Source: Diplonema japonicum (Eukaryota; Protista; Euglenozoa: Diplonemea). Taken from it: a stretch of 64,000 nt of DNA. A program made the position numbers and the translations under genes. The notes under the pieces are model-generated. The model was not told the origin of the DNA. It saw only the letters and a list, made by a program, of their open reading frames with translations, and made no database searches. How positions within the stretch are numbered: position 1 is the stretch's first letter; each line of letters starts with the position of its first letter. Below, piece after piece: positions 22,258 to 34,995 of this stretch. The DNA is taken from NCBI GenBank assembly GCA_964019335.1, contig OZ025695.1:124001-188000 (forward strand). Reading direction: 5' to 3'.

Positions 22258-23088
22258 TTTTTTTCCCCCCCTCCTCTCTCTTTTTTTTTTTTTAAAAAAA
22301 CAAAAGTTGTACATGAGGGGTAATAGAATATATGGAAGAAAAAAAAATGGGGGGGGAACGGAAACGAGAAAATAAAAATGAAACATGGAAGAAAAAAAAA
22401 GGGGGGGGTGAAATTGGGCATATAAAAAAAAAAAAGAAAAAGAGTGAAGCAATGAAAAAAAAAAAGAAAAAAAAATGAAACAGGAAAGATACAGATAACC
22501 GGTAAAAAAAAAAAAAAAAGCAAGACAAAAAAAAAACACATTTGGGTGAGGAGAAGACTTTTTCTTTTTTCTTTCGTCTTGTATTCTCGCGTACTTGCCG
22601 GCTCAGCTTTCTTCTTTTTCTTTTTTTCCCCCTAAAGAACACAATTAACTATGGAAAAAAAAAAGGGAGAGGAGAGCACAACTTTTCTTTTTTATTTTAT
22701 TTTATTTTTTTTTCTCTCAATAGTTTTTTGGCCCCATTTATTTCCCCAAATTAACCACACGAGACAATCAAAACGACAACAGGTCTCTCTCTCTCTCTCT
22801 CGCTCTCGTACTCTCTCTCTCCTTCCCTTTTTTTTTAAAATTAGTTTTTTCTTTTGCCCCTCTCCTCCCCCCCCCCCCCCCCCCCCACAACACAACAAAC
22901 TTCTAATAAAAGTGCGAACAACAAAAAAAAAGAAGAAAAAAAAAAAAAAAAACGATGGGGGGAGAAATGAGGGAAAAAAAAAAAAAAAAGAAAAAAAAGA
23001 AAAAAAACGCACACTCAAAAAAAAAAAAGAAAAAAAAAAAAAAACATTTCTATTTTTTTTTTTTTTTTTTTTTTTCTGTTGTAGTTGT

Positions 23089-24776
23089 TTAGTCATCATC
23101 GTCGTCATCTCTCCTGCCGTTGCCCTTGCAGCAGCATGGTTTGATCATGAGGTACACGAAGGCAAGGAAACTGAAGATCAAGAGAGCGATCTGGAAGTAC
23201 CGCATGACGTAGCCGATCCCCCTAAGGTTGTTGACATAGGTGCTGAAAAGACTGTCGACAACCGTGTTGGCCGCGTAGTCCCTGAAGGACATGGCGCAGA
23301 ACTGGGAGACTGTGACTGAGGTCAACAGAACAAGGAGAGTGTTGAAGAGGAAGGAGCTCATGAGGGTACCGTTAACCTTTTTTTTTTCTTTTTTTTTCTC
23401 CCCCAAACAAACCTTCATAGGGTGGATCTGAATAATACCGAAGTTGCACCCCACCTTGAAGCACCCCTTCACGGCAGCCCACAGCATCCACAACGCGAAG
23501 ACTGCGTAGCACAGCGTACCAAACAGGGGGAAGAAACTGAAGAAAAAAAAATTGAAAAAAAAAAAATTAATAATACCTGTCCAGCCCTCTGAACATGTTG
23601 TTCAAAAAGGGGCTTGCCTTCGACAAGTTGTAGATAATGATGTGGAGAATCCACATTAACGAGATCACGATCCCGATAATCCCGATGGGCAGCTTTATCA
23701 TGGCGAGGATGACCAACCTGTCCACATCCCTCGAGTCGTTCAATCGCTCCCATCTAGATTTTTTTTTTTCTTTTTTTTTCTTTTCCATACTTCTTCTCCA
23801 TAAGCGTGACCTGTTCTTTGAACTTGTTGATGCGTTTCTTCGTCGATCCGAAGAATCCCTTCTGTCCGGCGGCTTGCTTGTCCTCCAGTGCTTTTCCAGA
23901 TCGAAGCAGTTCTTGAACCTCACCAGCAAGTGCCTGCTTCCGTCGTTCGTACTCAATGGCTGTGAGTTTCTCAGGGCGCATTCGCCAGTCGTTGATAAGG
24001 TCCATGGGAAGTGCAATGATACCGACACCCCCGAACACGATGAAGGAGATCCAACCGATGGCGGTTAAAAGGCCCACGATGTAGACGAAAGCGGAGACTT
24101 TAATAGACAGCGTGCCTGACTGCTTGAAGCACTTGATGTTCGCTTCTGGAACGGTCGCACCGTTCACACAATCATTCGGGTCTGTCGAACAACAGCATTT
24201 GCTTTCCCAAGGATTCATGGTTTCTTTCCTGATGTCCCAGTTGACTGGCGGTGATGAAAATCCTTCAAAGTCAAGGTCGGCGTACCCGGCAGTCAGCCAG
24301 AGGATTGTGAACAACAGGAAGAACACAAATGCTGTCACCAGTGTGTACCCCAGTGCTGGGCGGATTTGATCAAAGTTCGATTTCTGGTTCGGGTCCCACG
24401 CCTCATAGTAAAACGTGGTGAAAGGGGTCACGAACAACACCCATGCTGCGATCGTCCACAGCACCATCTGCCACATCGTCGCGAGGTCGATCCCTCCTGT
24501 GGAGCCATCCATCGTTTCCGGATCCCTTTTATTCGCAACATCGAAGGGAAGCAGCAGCACTGTGAACGCACTCAACGCAAGGCCTATCACGACAATAATC
24601 TTCGGCAGCCACGCCTGGTTGTGATCGTCCTCAGAACAATACAACGCAACAAGGTACATCGCAACAGCGAACGTCAGGAAAAACTGCAAAGAGGGGGAAA
24701 GGGGGGGGATAAAAAAATAAAACTTTTCTCATTTACATACCCCGACGATCGCCAATATAATCAAAAACCAATTCAT
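23089..24776 (-). CDS. LMBR1/LIMR-family multi-pass membrane protein (5 exons)
   Basis: VLLLPFDVAN, PFTTFYYEA, FGGVGIIALPMDLI, IHPMK|VNGTLMSSFLFN. Four GT-AG introns, including 23754-23790 and 23377-23412. Confidence 0.9.
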
Positions 24777-24870
24777 TTTTTTTTTTTTCTTTCTTTCCCC
24801 CTCCCCTGCCCCTGTCTTAGTTTCAAAAACAGAAAAGAATTTGTAAAGAAAAAAAGAAGAAAAAAAAATC

Positions 24871-26415
24871 CTACCGCCCCACAGGCCGAGCAGGTGTTCG
24901 TTTTGTCGGGTGTGAGACTCGTAAGAGCCTCACATGAGGCACGCTGGCGCGCTTACGGAACCTTGGGGAGTCGGCAACCATCGGAAGAAGGCTGGGGTTC
25001 GGAACAGGCGGTGGCGGGGGTTGCAAACGAACCCTCACAGAGCAGGTAGGGGGCCGCGGGTACGCGTGAAAATGCGATTCATACAGCCCTTCAAGAGAAG
25101 AATCCTTAGCACATCGCGCATACATGGCTATACTAGCTGCAGAATGTTCCAACACATGAATGGGTACCTGCGCCCATCGTGGCGTGGGGGAAGGACATCC
25201 AGAAACCTTGTCTATCTTTCGTTTCAACAATTTCAAACTGTCAGTTTCTTTACTTTTCAAAACGAAGAACTTTCTGGGTCCTCCCTCCTGTTCTACCCAA
25301 GCAGTGTCTAGGTATACTGGTTCGTCGTCGGATTCTGTTTCTGAGGAGCCTTCTGTAAGCCGAGGCTTTCGTGGAACGTTTTGTTTCATTCTCCCCCATT
25401 TCTTCTGCTCCCTCACCGAGAGGCAGATGTATTGTTTGTATTCCTTATTTATAATCTCGCTGCGCGTTTCATCTTCCCTGCACAGTGCGTCGAGAATTGC
25501 CTTGGCTACGTGTGATGTGTCTATGGTCTCTTCGGCTGTGTGAACATTTGCGAAAACGGTATTTTTGAAGACGGTTTTCCATTGGAGGGGGACCCTGCTT
25601 AATTTCATCTTGAAAACGTTTCGTAAGGCCTTCAAACAGTCTGTTCTGTTCTTGGCGAGGATTATCCGTTTCGACTGTTCGTTGCACCTTAAAAGGTAGA
25701 ATTGCATGCTGAGCAAACACGTTTTGGAGTCGAAATGCGTGTCTAAATGGTCGGTGAGTTTTGTAAGGCAGTTTGACCTATGGGTGTCTCGTGTTGGGTT
25801 CACCAGTAGCAGAAGGGAGCCGAAGGTTATTTTGAGGTTTTCTAGATTGGTTCTCGCGAGTCGTTTGAGACGCAAGGCGCCTAAGGAATGCTGTCGTTCT
25901 ACAATTTTCCGTTCTTCGGATGTGAGGTAGAGGCGAAAAACCAAGGCACGGACACGCTCTCCGGTATGCAACCGTTTCATGATAAAATTGAGATTTCTCG
26001 AGAAATAGTCTCTTCGCAACCTTGCAACGAGATATCCGCTTCGTTTGGTTTCCAAGCATTTTGCGATGATCCTGCGGGCTTTAACTTTTTTCGTGACGGA
26101 TTGCCTTATGAACGGTATTAGCTGTATCATGACCAAACTAGCCTTTGCTTTCTTCACGGCTACTCTTTGGAGGTGTTTCTTCCATTCTCTCTGTATTTTG
26201 ATCGCTGATCTATTTGTCTTTATGCGGTCGCTTCTTCTCAGAGCTTGCTTTTCGCACTTTTCCATGAATTCTCGAGCGACTTGTTTCAACTTTGCCGTTG
26301 CGGCCTTCGACGTTTTACTGATTTTGCTGGTGTGGCTCATTTTGCGCGGGCTTAGCTTTCTTATGCTGCGCATGCTCTCTTTTACCACTAGATTCCATCC
26401 TGCTAGCCGCGACAT
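24871..26415 (-). CDS. Basic hypothetical protein with an IQ-like motif
   Basis: 514-aa ORF preceded by an A-rich leader; SAIKIQREWKKH. Confidence 0.7.
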   Translation of the reverse strand: MSRLAGWNLVVKESMRSIRKLSPRKMSHTSKISKTSKAATAKLKQVAREFMEKCEKQALRRSDRIKTNRSAIKIQREWKKHLQRVAVKKAKASLVMIQLIPFIRQSVTKKVKARRIIAKCLETKRSGYLVARLRRDYFSRNLNFIMKRLHTGERVRALVFRLYLTSEERKIVERQHSLGALRLKRLARTNLENLKITFGSLLLLVNPTRDTHRSNCLTKLTDHLDTHFDSKTCLLSMQFYLLRCNEQSKRIILAKNRTDCLKALRNVFKMKLSRVPLQWKTVFKNTVFANVHTAEETIDTSHVAKAILDALCREDETRSEIINKEYKQYICLSVREQKKWGRMKQNVPRKPRLTEGSSETESDDEPVYLDTAWVEQEGGPRKFFVLKSKETDSLKLLKRKIDKVSGCPSPTPRWAQVPIHVLEHSAASIAMYARCAKDSSLEGLYESHFHAYPRPPTCSVRVRLQPPPPPVPNPSLLPMVADSPRFRKRASVPHVRLLRVSHPTKRTPARPVGR

Positions 26416-27192
26416 TTCTTTTTTTTAAAATTTACCCCCCCCCCCGTTGAACTCGAGATGGGATTGGGATTTTTTTCAAAAAAAAAAAATGAAATGAATA
26501 AAAAGATTAAAAAAAAAAACACTTTGCATTTTTTTTTCTCTCCCCCCTCTCAAGCCAAAAAAAAAAAAAACAAAAAAAAAAAAAGAGGAAAGAACAAAAA
26601 AAAAAAAAGAAGAAAAAGTCAGGGGGTTTTTGAAACCCTCGATGAAAGAAAAAAAAAATCTTTTTTTTGGCTTTTCGCAGCAGCGCTAAAGGGACACAAG
26701 GTATAAAAAAAAAAGAGACATTTTAAAAAAAAAAAAGAAGAAAAACCTGACCGTTTTGTGTTTGTTACGTGCCGGGATGGGGGGAGGGGGGGTAAAAAAC
26801 CTTGGAGAAGTTTAAACCCCAACGTTCCTCGTTTGTTCAGACAAGCCAAAGACTCGTTCTTGCAAAAAAAAAAAGGTAGTGATTTGAGTAGGGGGGGGGG
26901 TTAAAAAATAAACCAAAGAGCCAAGGACCAGGCCAAAAGCACAAATAGGAAAAAAGTGTAAAGTACATTTTTTTTTTTTCGAAAAAAAAATTTGTGGGTA
27001 GATAGAAAGGGGAGGGGGGGGGGGGGGGGGGGGGTGTAGGGTAAGGGGGCCAAAGTTTCTTTTTTTTTTTCGTTCAAGTTTTCTATAAAAAAAAAAAAAA
27101 AAAAAAAAAAAAAGAGAGAGAGAGAAACACAGTACACGGTATGCAAATAACTTTTTTCCCCACTAAAAGTGTATTACTTACCACTACTTTAG

Positions 27193-27223
<31 letters not shown>

Positions 27224-27735
27224 GTGGCCGGTGCTTTTTTTTGTTTTCCCCCAAAAACAGAAGAAAAAAAACGGAGCTAAAAAAAAAAAAAAAAAAAAAA
27301 AAAAAGCAAAGACAATATAAAAAAAAACCCATTGGCCCCCTTAAACTGGACACCAAGTTATAAAGAAACAGATAACGCACTCAAAAAAAAAATAAAGCAA
27401 AAAAAAGGGGGGGCGGAGGGTGTGGAGAGAGCAAAAGAACAAGAGGTTAAACTGTACATTCTACGCACGTGTTATGTTTTTTCTTTTTTTTTTTTGCTTC
27501 TTTCCGTGCCCAGTTTGTTTGTTTGCCCCCCCCGGTTGTTTGCCATCTTTCCTAGAAAAAAGAACAAAAGAAAACTAATCAATGTGTGTACAAAATGATT
27601 AAGAGAGGGGGGGGGGGGGGGCATTTTATTTTCCCTCGTCTTTTTCTTTCTCTTTTCCTTCTTCTTTTATAGAAAGGTTTTTTAGAAAAAATTGTAAAAA
27701 AAAAAAAAAAATCGGAAAAAAATAGAAAACTGCTA

Positions 27736-27932
27736 ACTAGACCCAAAGTTTGGGAAAATGCTCAAAATCAACCCCTAGAGAAATGCTCGAAGTCGGTTTT
27801 TTAGGAGGAAAAAGTTTCTGGCCCGACCCCAAGGTTCCATACTACTTATTTGAAACTAAGTGGGGGGGGTGTTTGAGCACTTTGAAAACTGAGGGTGCTG
27901 ACTTTGAGCATTTCTAAAACTTAGGGTCTAGT
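27736..27932. mobile_element. ~200-bp MITE with ~40-bp imperfect TIRs, probable TA target duplication
   Basis: TA|ACTAGACCCAAAGTTTGGGAAAATGCTCAAA ... TTTGAGCATTTCTAAAACTTAGGGTCTAGT|TA. Confidence 0.75.
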
Positions 27933-28291
27933 TAGCACACCACCCCAACAAAAAAAAAATAACCGGGGGAAAGGGAAGACAAAAGATAAAGTTAGCCAGA
28001 GGCTTTCTTTCTTTGTTTTTTTTTTTTTGGGCGAAGAATAAAAAGAGGCCCTTTCTTTTTCACTCCTCTCTTTCACACCACCTACAGCCCAAACGACATC
28101 TCCAGGCAGATCACTAAGCACACCATAATAAAATAATAAAATAACCCCCCTTTCTCTTCCTCCCTTCCCACTATCTAAAAAGGTGCAGGCTTCAAGTATC
28201 TATCTAAGAGTCTTGTATTTTGAACAAAAAGGCGGAGAACCTTCCTTATAAATAATATTTTTTTCATTCATTTCCCCTCCCCTTCTTTTTC

Positions 28292-30661
28292 TTACGCTTC
28301 TGCGAAGCTCTGCAGGACGAAGGGGACTTCCGACTGGCCGGATAGAACATAGCTGTTTTAGTGTCTTTTTTTCCCCCCCTCCCCCTCATTTCTAACCCCT
28401 CCCTGCCACATACGTTGTGTTGACTTTTTTCGAGTTCTCAGCAACGGCACACGTGTCGATTTCCACGTTTTTCACAGTTTTTTTGAAATCAGATTCTATA
28501 CAGTCATTCTGATTTTTTTTTTTTTTTCCCTCCAAAAAAATATATATATATATATATATATTCCGTCACACACCGTAAAATAACACGCAAAATCATATTT
28601 GACGGAATCCGCGTTAATCTTGCGCAATATCTCAGGCAGCACCCTGTCTACGGTGAGGCCTTGCGGCCTGCACTCTATGGACTTGTTGGAGAGCTCCATG
28701 ATGAAGTTGTGGTTGGTGTGGTTCGCGAGGTGGAGGTGCAGCTCCTGAGCCTGCATGGCCCCGAACTCTGTGTCTGCCCCACGGAAGTTCCACATAAGAG
28801 TGGACTCCTTCCCCTCAAGGCGTCCCTCTATAGATGACCCAGGGGTACGGTCCCTGTAGTACTCGAGCACCTGCAGGATCTCCTCGTACCAGTCCTTGTC
28901 GCCGTGATCGATCCCAAGCTCGCACCATTCCCTTGTGTCGGGGCATTTCACGAAGTACCCGTGTTCCGCAGCGAGCGAAACGTTGCAGATGTTCCCGAAG
29001 AACCTCTCCAGATCATCTTTCTTCCTTCCAGACATTATAATCACATCGGCAGCACCGCTGTTGGCGATCTTTTGCAGGTTGACCAGAACATCTTCCTCAA
29101 TAACACTCGTGCTGGGGACAACCTTGAACTTCGAGAGAACACCGTCAACAGAGAATATAAGCAAACGACGAGTTGCGGTGGAGAAGGTTTCTATAAGCTT
29201 CTTGGCAGATTGCGGGTGGTGCTGGTCGTGCATCGCTGCGGCAGAGACCCTCACGAAATCGTTGACAAAGAGGTTCCCCCAATGGTTAGCAGCGTGGGTG
29301 GAAACGTATCTGAAGAGATGGTTATGTTTCTCCTCACGATCTTTCGCGGACATGGTGATGGCCTTGTCGATAGCGTCCGCAACCTCACCAATGTTCCAAG
29401 GGTTCACACGAAGAGCATGCGCTAAACATCTCGCAGACCCCGCAAACTCGCTCAAAATCAAAACACCCTTATTGTTCTCCTGACACGCGACAAACTCCTG
29501 CGCCACCAGGTTCATCCCATCCCGAAGTGACGTGATAAGACAGATATCTGCCACACTGTACATTGCCAGCAATTCCGGGAAAGGAACCGATTTGTATAAG
29601 TAGTGAACAGGTGTTACGCCGATATCGCCGTAGTGGGTGTTGATGTGTCCAACTAATGTCTCGACCTCCCTTCTGAGCTTTTGATACTCATCGACAACTT
29701 CTCGCGAAGGGACCGCGATTTGAATCAAGGAAACCTTCCCGATGAGCTCCGGCTTCGTTTGGAACAGGCGTTCCAGGGCCTGGAGCTTTTGCGGGATGCC
29801 TTTGATGTAGTCCAGCCTGTCGACGCCGATGATAACTGTTTGGTTGGCGAATCTTTTTTTTAAATCGGCGATTTTCGCGACGACGTCTGCGCTGTTGATG
29901 GACGAGCTGAACTTCTGGAAGTCCATCCCCACGGGGAACACCCCGACGGTGGTTACATTGTTGTTAAAAAACACCTGGTTCGCCGTTGTTTCCAACCCGA
30001 GCACCCTGGTGCACGAATGAACAAAATGCCTTGCGTAGTCGTACGTGTGAAAACCTATCAAATCGGAGTGAAGCACCCCATCTAATATTGGTTCTCTTTC
30101 CGGCAGCACTCTGTACACCTCGCTGGACGGGAAGGGAACGTGAAGGAAGAACGCAACAAACATATCCTTCAGCTTTTTCTTCTCGGCCTCTTCTTTCAAA
30201 AGCTTCGGGAGCAGCATGAGATGGTAGTCGTGGACCCACACGAGGTCCCCAGGGCGCCATACTTCTAAGACGGTTTTACAGAACACCTCGTTGGCGGTCT
30301 TGTAAGACTTCCAGATGCTGGCGTCTTTGAACTCGATGTTCTCCTTGTAGTGGAACAACGGCCACAGGACCTCATTGGAAAAGAGATTGTAATGTTCGTG
30401 TGCTACCTGTTTCTCCAGCCACACCGGTGCGCACTTGCACTCTGACTTGAGTTGTGCTGTTAGTCCAGAGATATCGTTGACCCCGTCTGGTGCGAAGCCT
30501 GGTGACCCGAGCCAAATCATGTCCACCTGTCCTCTCAAACCTGCCAGAGCGGCAACCAACCCTCCACTGCTCATTGTGAAGGCATACTTCCCATCCTTCT
30601 CTTGGATCGTGACAGGGAGCCTGTTGCTCACGACGATCAAGCGTCTTCCTTCGAAGCTCAT
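28292..30661 (-). CDS. TPS1: Trehalose-6-phosphate synthase fused to a degenerate phosphatase (TPP-like) domain (3 exons)
   Basis: VVSNRLPV, SSGGLV, LWPLFHY, VWVHDYHLMLLP, GVDRLDYIKGI, RDGMNLVAQEF, LILSEFAG. Two 3' introns give the terminus EVPFVLQSFAEA*. Confidence 0.95.
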
Positions 30662-30786
30662 ATTTTTCTTTCCCGCTCCCCGCGCCCTTTTTTTTTTTTT
30701 TTTTTTTTTTCCTTCAATTTTTCTTTTTTCTTTTTGTCGGACAAGTCTGTAAAAGAATGCCACGGGCACAGCGCTAGGCAGAGACA

Positions 30787-31182
30787 CCTGACGGCATTGG
30801 TGACACTGATCCCGAAAGGAGGCGAGAGAACCCTCTCAACCACCGCCCCATCATGGTCACGAGCGCGGTCTACAGACCGTGGGCCACGTTGTGTAGCATA
30901 TCGCTGTGGCTGGCAAGAGAAATGGGCAGACGACTGCAGCATGGTTTTCGACTACGTCACGGAACAGCATGGAGCTCAGCAGCGTCGGCGCTGACCAACA
31001 CCCCCCTTAACAGCATCGCATTGGACTTCATCAAATGCTTCGACAGAGTACCACAGAAAGCATCAGAGGATACTGACCCCGCTCAAAGCGATGTACGCAG
31101 GCCTACTGGCGTGGGTTCCGAGTTCCATGTGACAAATGGAATTCTCCAGTGGGACGCTCTGGTGTCAGTGATGGTGAAGTGA
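30787..31182 (+). pseudogene. Heavily deleted copy of the same LINE RT family as 1-1860, in the opposite orientation
   Basis: LTALVTLIPKGGERT, VTSAVYR, PLNSIALDFIKCFDRVPQ, GSEFHVTNGILQ and ALVSVMVK match the first copy with intervening blocks missing. Confidence 0.88.
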
Positions 31183-31859
31183 TTGGTGAGGTACCTGGCT
31201 CACAGAGAAGGCTGGAAGGATGTGATACATCTTAGGACGTATTCAGAAGTGCACAGCAAAGAATGGGAAGAATGCTTTCCGCCAACGCAAAGACAAGGGT
31301 ACACACCCTTCGACATCTTGGGGACCACTCTTCTCGAGCACGACCCAAAGCTATGTTTCTCGCCCAAATGCCGTCCATCTCAACAAATAGCCACCGCAGG
31401 CACCGCAGCACCCATCCGCACACCGAAATTTATCAAATTTCTTTTCTCTCCGTGGGGGAATATAAAAAAAAAAAAACGAAAACTTTAGTTTGGCAAAAAT
31501 GGCCAAAACCCAAAATGGCAACTTCAAGGTCATTTTGGTTGCCCCCCAATATTCTTTTTTTGGAAAATCTTTTTTGGAACTTCCTTGGAACTCACCGTTC
31601 TTTCATGTTCGACATATGGATTTTTTGAAAAAAAAAAAAAAATCAATGAACCTTTAGCCCCCTATAACCCCTTTGGGACATAGGGCGGGTCACTTAGCGA
31701 ATATGGAGCGTAATAAAAAAAATAGTGTAGTACAAGAACTTTCTTTTTTGTCGTTTTTTTGGGGAAAGAAGGGGGGGAGGGGGAGGAGGAAAACAAAACA
31801 AAAAAGGAGGGGTTGAAAAAAAAAAAAAAAGAAGAAAAAAATAAGATACCACCACCCTT

Positions 31860-33202
31860 TTATTTCAACGGAGAAGGCGACCCATAACCGCCATAGAGGT
31901 CCCTCCTCGGTGTGACCTCGTGAAAATTCCCACTGCATTGCTGTGGATTTTTTTATATATATTTTTTTTTTTGATTTTTTCCCTTTCCTCACCCCTTTCT
32001 TCACATACCTCTTTAAGCTCATGCACTCTTCTAAGCGCGCTTTGCACTGCAGGGCCGAGATCTTCTGCTGCGCGGTTTTCCACTCGTTTTGCTGAAAGTT
32101 CCATCTGCAACCGTTTTATAGTGCTGGACTTGTCGATGATAGTTTTTCGTGCGTCATCGTGGAGCTCTCCTTGTTGTGCGGCAGTGGATTCTGCGCGGAG
32201 CCTGGCTTCGATGATTTTTTGCATCTGGGCGCGGAGGGAGCGTCCAACGTCGTCAAGCTGTTCTAAGTTGTTGCACGCGCCCTTCCAACCTGTTTGGGAA
32301 TCGTCAACCATTTCCCACATTATGCCGCATCGATCCTTCCACATCTGTTGCTCGATCAGCTTGCGGTGCTCGATCTCAATCACCTGTGGTTCGGCGTTAC
32401 CCATTTTAAACAATGCCTGCGCTGTCTCAACTCTCCCTGCAAAAAGTTGAGCTCGACGAAGCTGTTGCAACGCTATGGACTGCTGCCACTGTGTGTTGCC
32501 TTCTTCCTGTCCTTTTGACTCGTTGTAACCTGTTGTCGCGTCAGATATTTCGAGATCGTGCTTTCGTTTCATATCATCCATCTCCTCCCGGAGGTTACTT
32601 ATTGTTATCTTCAATTCGTTTATTTGACGTTTCTGGCTGTTCGACGTGTCTGTCAACACATCGATCTTCTTTTCGCAGTGTTCTTTGTCGTTCTCAGCTT
32701 CAAGAAGAACAGTTTTGGTGTCTTCAAGTTCCACGAGTAAAGCGCTTCCAACGTCGGCCATCTGCAGAATGTCGAACTTGCACCGTTCGAGTTCATTTCT
32801 CATGTTTTCAAGTATATATTCTTGGGAGGTGTGTGATGTCATGGACCCTCTCGGTGAACCGCTTGGTGAATTGGATTTTGATTCTGGGATGTCGAAATCC
32901 TCTGTTACCAGGACCCTTGAGGCGCGTCGTCTTGCGCCTTCCATGAACTCCATGAGCTGTGGTGCGGTCCTCGTGTTGACGGGGTTCGGTGCGACGCTGG
33001 ACCGCCTTCTCTCCCAGTTTCTTTTCATCTCGGGGCTGTCCCCGCCCATCACGTTTCTCATCCCCCTCTCCACAATGGGCGACCCTGCCTGTTCATCACA
33101 CGCTATCATTGTCACCTTTCTTGTCCCGCTCCTCGGGGTGATCTCCGGCGTGAAATTCGACACCGACACCGATGCCAGTGACTCGTCATCATCGAAGCTC
33201 AT
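31860..33202 (-). CDS. Coiled-coil protein (2 exons)
   Basis: Long heptad ORF from MSFDDDE. A purine-rich GT-AG intron after ELKE gives the terminus ...YGSPSPLK*. Confidence 0.75.
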
Positions 33203-33210
33203 GCCCAGCA

Positions 33211-33864
33211 CCCTCTTTGAAAAAAAAAAATTTGGGGAAAACAACGTACATGGTAACCAAATAACTTTTTTCCACCGTCGCCTTTAAACCTACAACTTTT
33301 TTTCCACCATCCACGGTAACCTACAACTTTTTCCCCCACTTTTTACTGTAACCACCAACAATTTCCCTTATGCAACCACTAACTTTTTTTCCACCGTCCA
33401 CGGTAACCTCCGACATTTCTATGCCTCATTGGGGTTTGGTACGAAATGTAGCAGGGGGGGGGCAAAACATGATGTCATAGCAAAAGAAAAGGGAAAAAGA
33501 CCTTTTAAGAGAAATGGGTGACTACCCGAGCCCTAGCTGTGCCTGCACGTTTTCCCCAAGTGCACACAGACCTCCACCGTGGACGTTGGAAAAAAAAGTT
33601 GTGGGTTACCGTGGATGGTGGAAAAAAAGTTCTTACTTACATGGTTTAGTGGAAATAAGAATAGATTACCGTGGAGAGTGGAAAATTCTTACAAAAAACA
33701 TTTGAGTGGAAATAAAGTTGTAGGTTACCATAGAGAGTGGGAAAAAAGTTGTGAGTTACCGTAAACAGTGGTGGAAATTCTGCTTACAGACCTGGGTGGA
33801 AAAAAGTTAACTGGTTACCGTGTACGTTGTTTTTCTCAAAAAAAAAATTTTTTTTTTTTGAGGG
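33211..33864. mobile_element. Foldback-type element with long modular inverted arms
   Basis: CCCTC...GAAAACAACGTACAYGGTAACCA...AACTTTTTTCCACC at the left is mirrored at the right, ending GAGGG. GGTAAC/AACTTTTTTCCAC subrepeats recur in each arm. Confidence 0.78.
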
Positions 33865-33960
33865 ATATCGATTGTAGAAAAAAAAAGAAAATAAAAATAT
33901 ATAAAAAGTTTTTTTTTTTTAACACGAGGGGGGGCGTAGAGGGGGAAAGAAAAAAAATTA

Positions 33961-34000
<40 letters not shown>

Positions 34001-34009
34001 AACTAGACA

Positions 34010-34816
34010 TTACAGAACGCGTTGAACAGACGCAGGTGGGGGTCCGTTGTGGTATTTCAGTTGCACGTAGTGCTGTGGTGGGGTGGCGGTGGGCGTACCA
34101 AGGGAGCTGGGGTTCTGTTCAAGGTGTGCTCTGATCGCCGCAAAGCGAGCTTCGACCTCGATGTCCGGGTTGTCGGGGTTCTTCAAGGCGGGGTTGGGGG
34201 GGAGCCCGAGGCGGGCTTCTATCTCATCTAACCGCTGCTTGTCCTGATGGAGGTGCCACAGCTTGGTGAGCGTCTCGTCTCTGACCCTATTCCCCGAGCC
34301 ATCTATGTAGTACACATCTACATCTTGTTCCTCTTCAGCGTCTGTACTTTCGATGTGCTGCCGTTGGGTTGTGTATTCCTTCTCCCTTTCAAACCTTCTA
34401 GCTTGTCTATTCCTTGCCACTTCGAGTTCTTCAAACCTGAACCGATCGGGGCCATGTTGCCACATGTGTGTTAAGCTATCATCTTTCATGGGGACTCCAG
34501 TCCCTCCTGTTACCCATGCCTCGTACCTTGGTACCAATGCTTTTCTCCCGCTAGTCTTGCATGGGGATACTGACCTTCTTCTTTGAACGGATCTGCCTGA
34601 GTGGAATGTGGAGCGGAGGCCGTGTTGCCAGTTGAAGCTGTCTTCCTTCTCCGCGTTGAATTTTGCTCGTTGGGCGCCGGTGTAGAGGTCTGGGTCCGTC
34701 ATTTTATCTGTGATGTCGCCATCGTACGTCCATAGTTTGCCTCCGTGAAGAAACCTTGGCTGCCCAGGGGGCGCGACCCTTCCGGGACTCCTGCCCCTCC
34801 TTGAGCTGGTCGGCAT
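34010..34816 (-). CDS. Hypothetical protein
   Basis: 268-aa ORF with an A-tract immediately before the ATG and coding-like composition. Confidence 0.75.
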   Translation of the reverse strand: MPTSSRRGRSPGRVAPPGQPRFLHGGKLWTYDGDITDKMTDPDLYTGAQRAKFNAEKEDSFNWQHGLRSTFHSGRSVQRRRSVSPCKTSGRKALVPRYEAWVTGGTGVPMKDDSLTHMWQHGPDRFRFEELEVARNRQARRFEREKEYTTQRQHIESTDAEEEQDVDVYYIDGSGNRVRDETLTKLWHLHQDKQRLDEIEARLGLPPNPALKNPDNPDIEVEARFAAIRAHLEQNPSSLGTPTATPPQHYVQLKYHNGPPPASVQRVL

Positions 34817-34956
34817 TTTTTTTTTCTTCTTTTTTCTTTCTATAGTGGGGGGTACTTGAATGCTTGCATTAACAATAGAAAAAAAAAAAAAAAAAAAAAG
34901 ATTTTCTTTTTTTTTTTTTAATTTCTTTGACTGAAACCGAAAGCGAGGAAGGGGGA

Positions 34957-34995
<39 letters not shown>

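Noticed and set aside
22182-23319. Poly-Lys/poly-Phe ORFs here and in other intergenic regions
   Set aside because: Translations of A/T homopolymer tracts, with no coding-like composition
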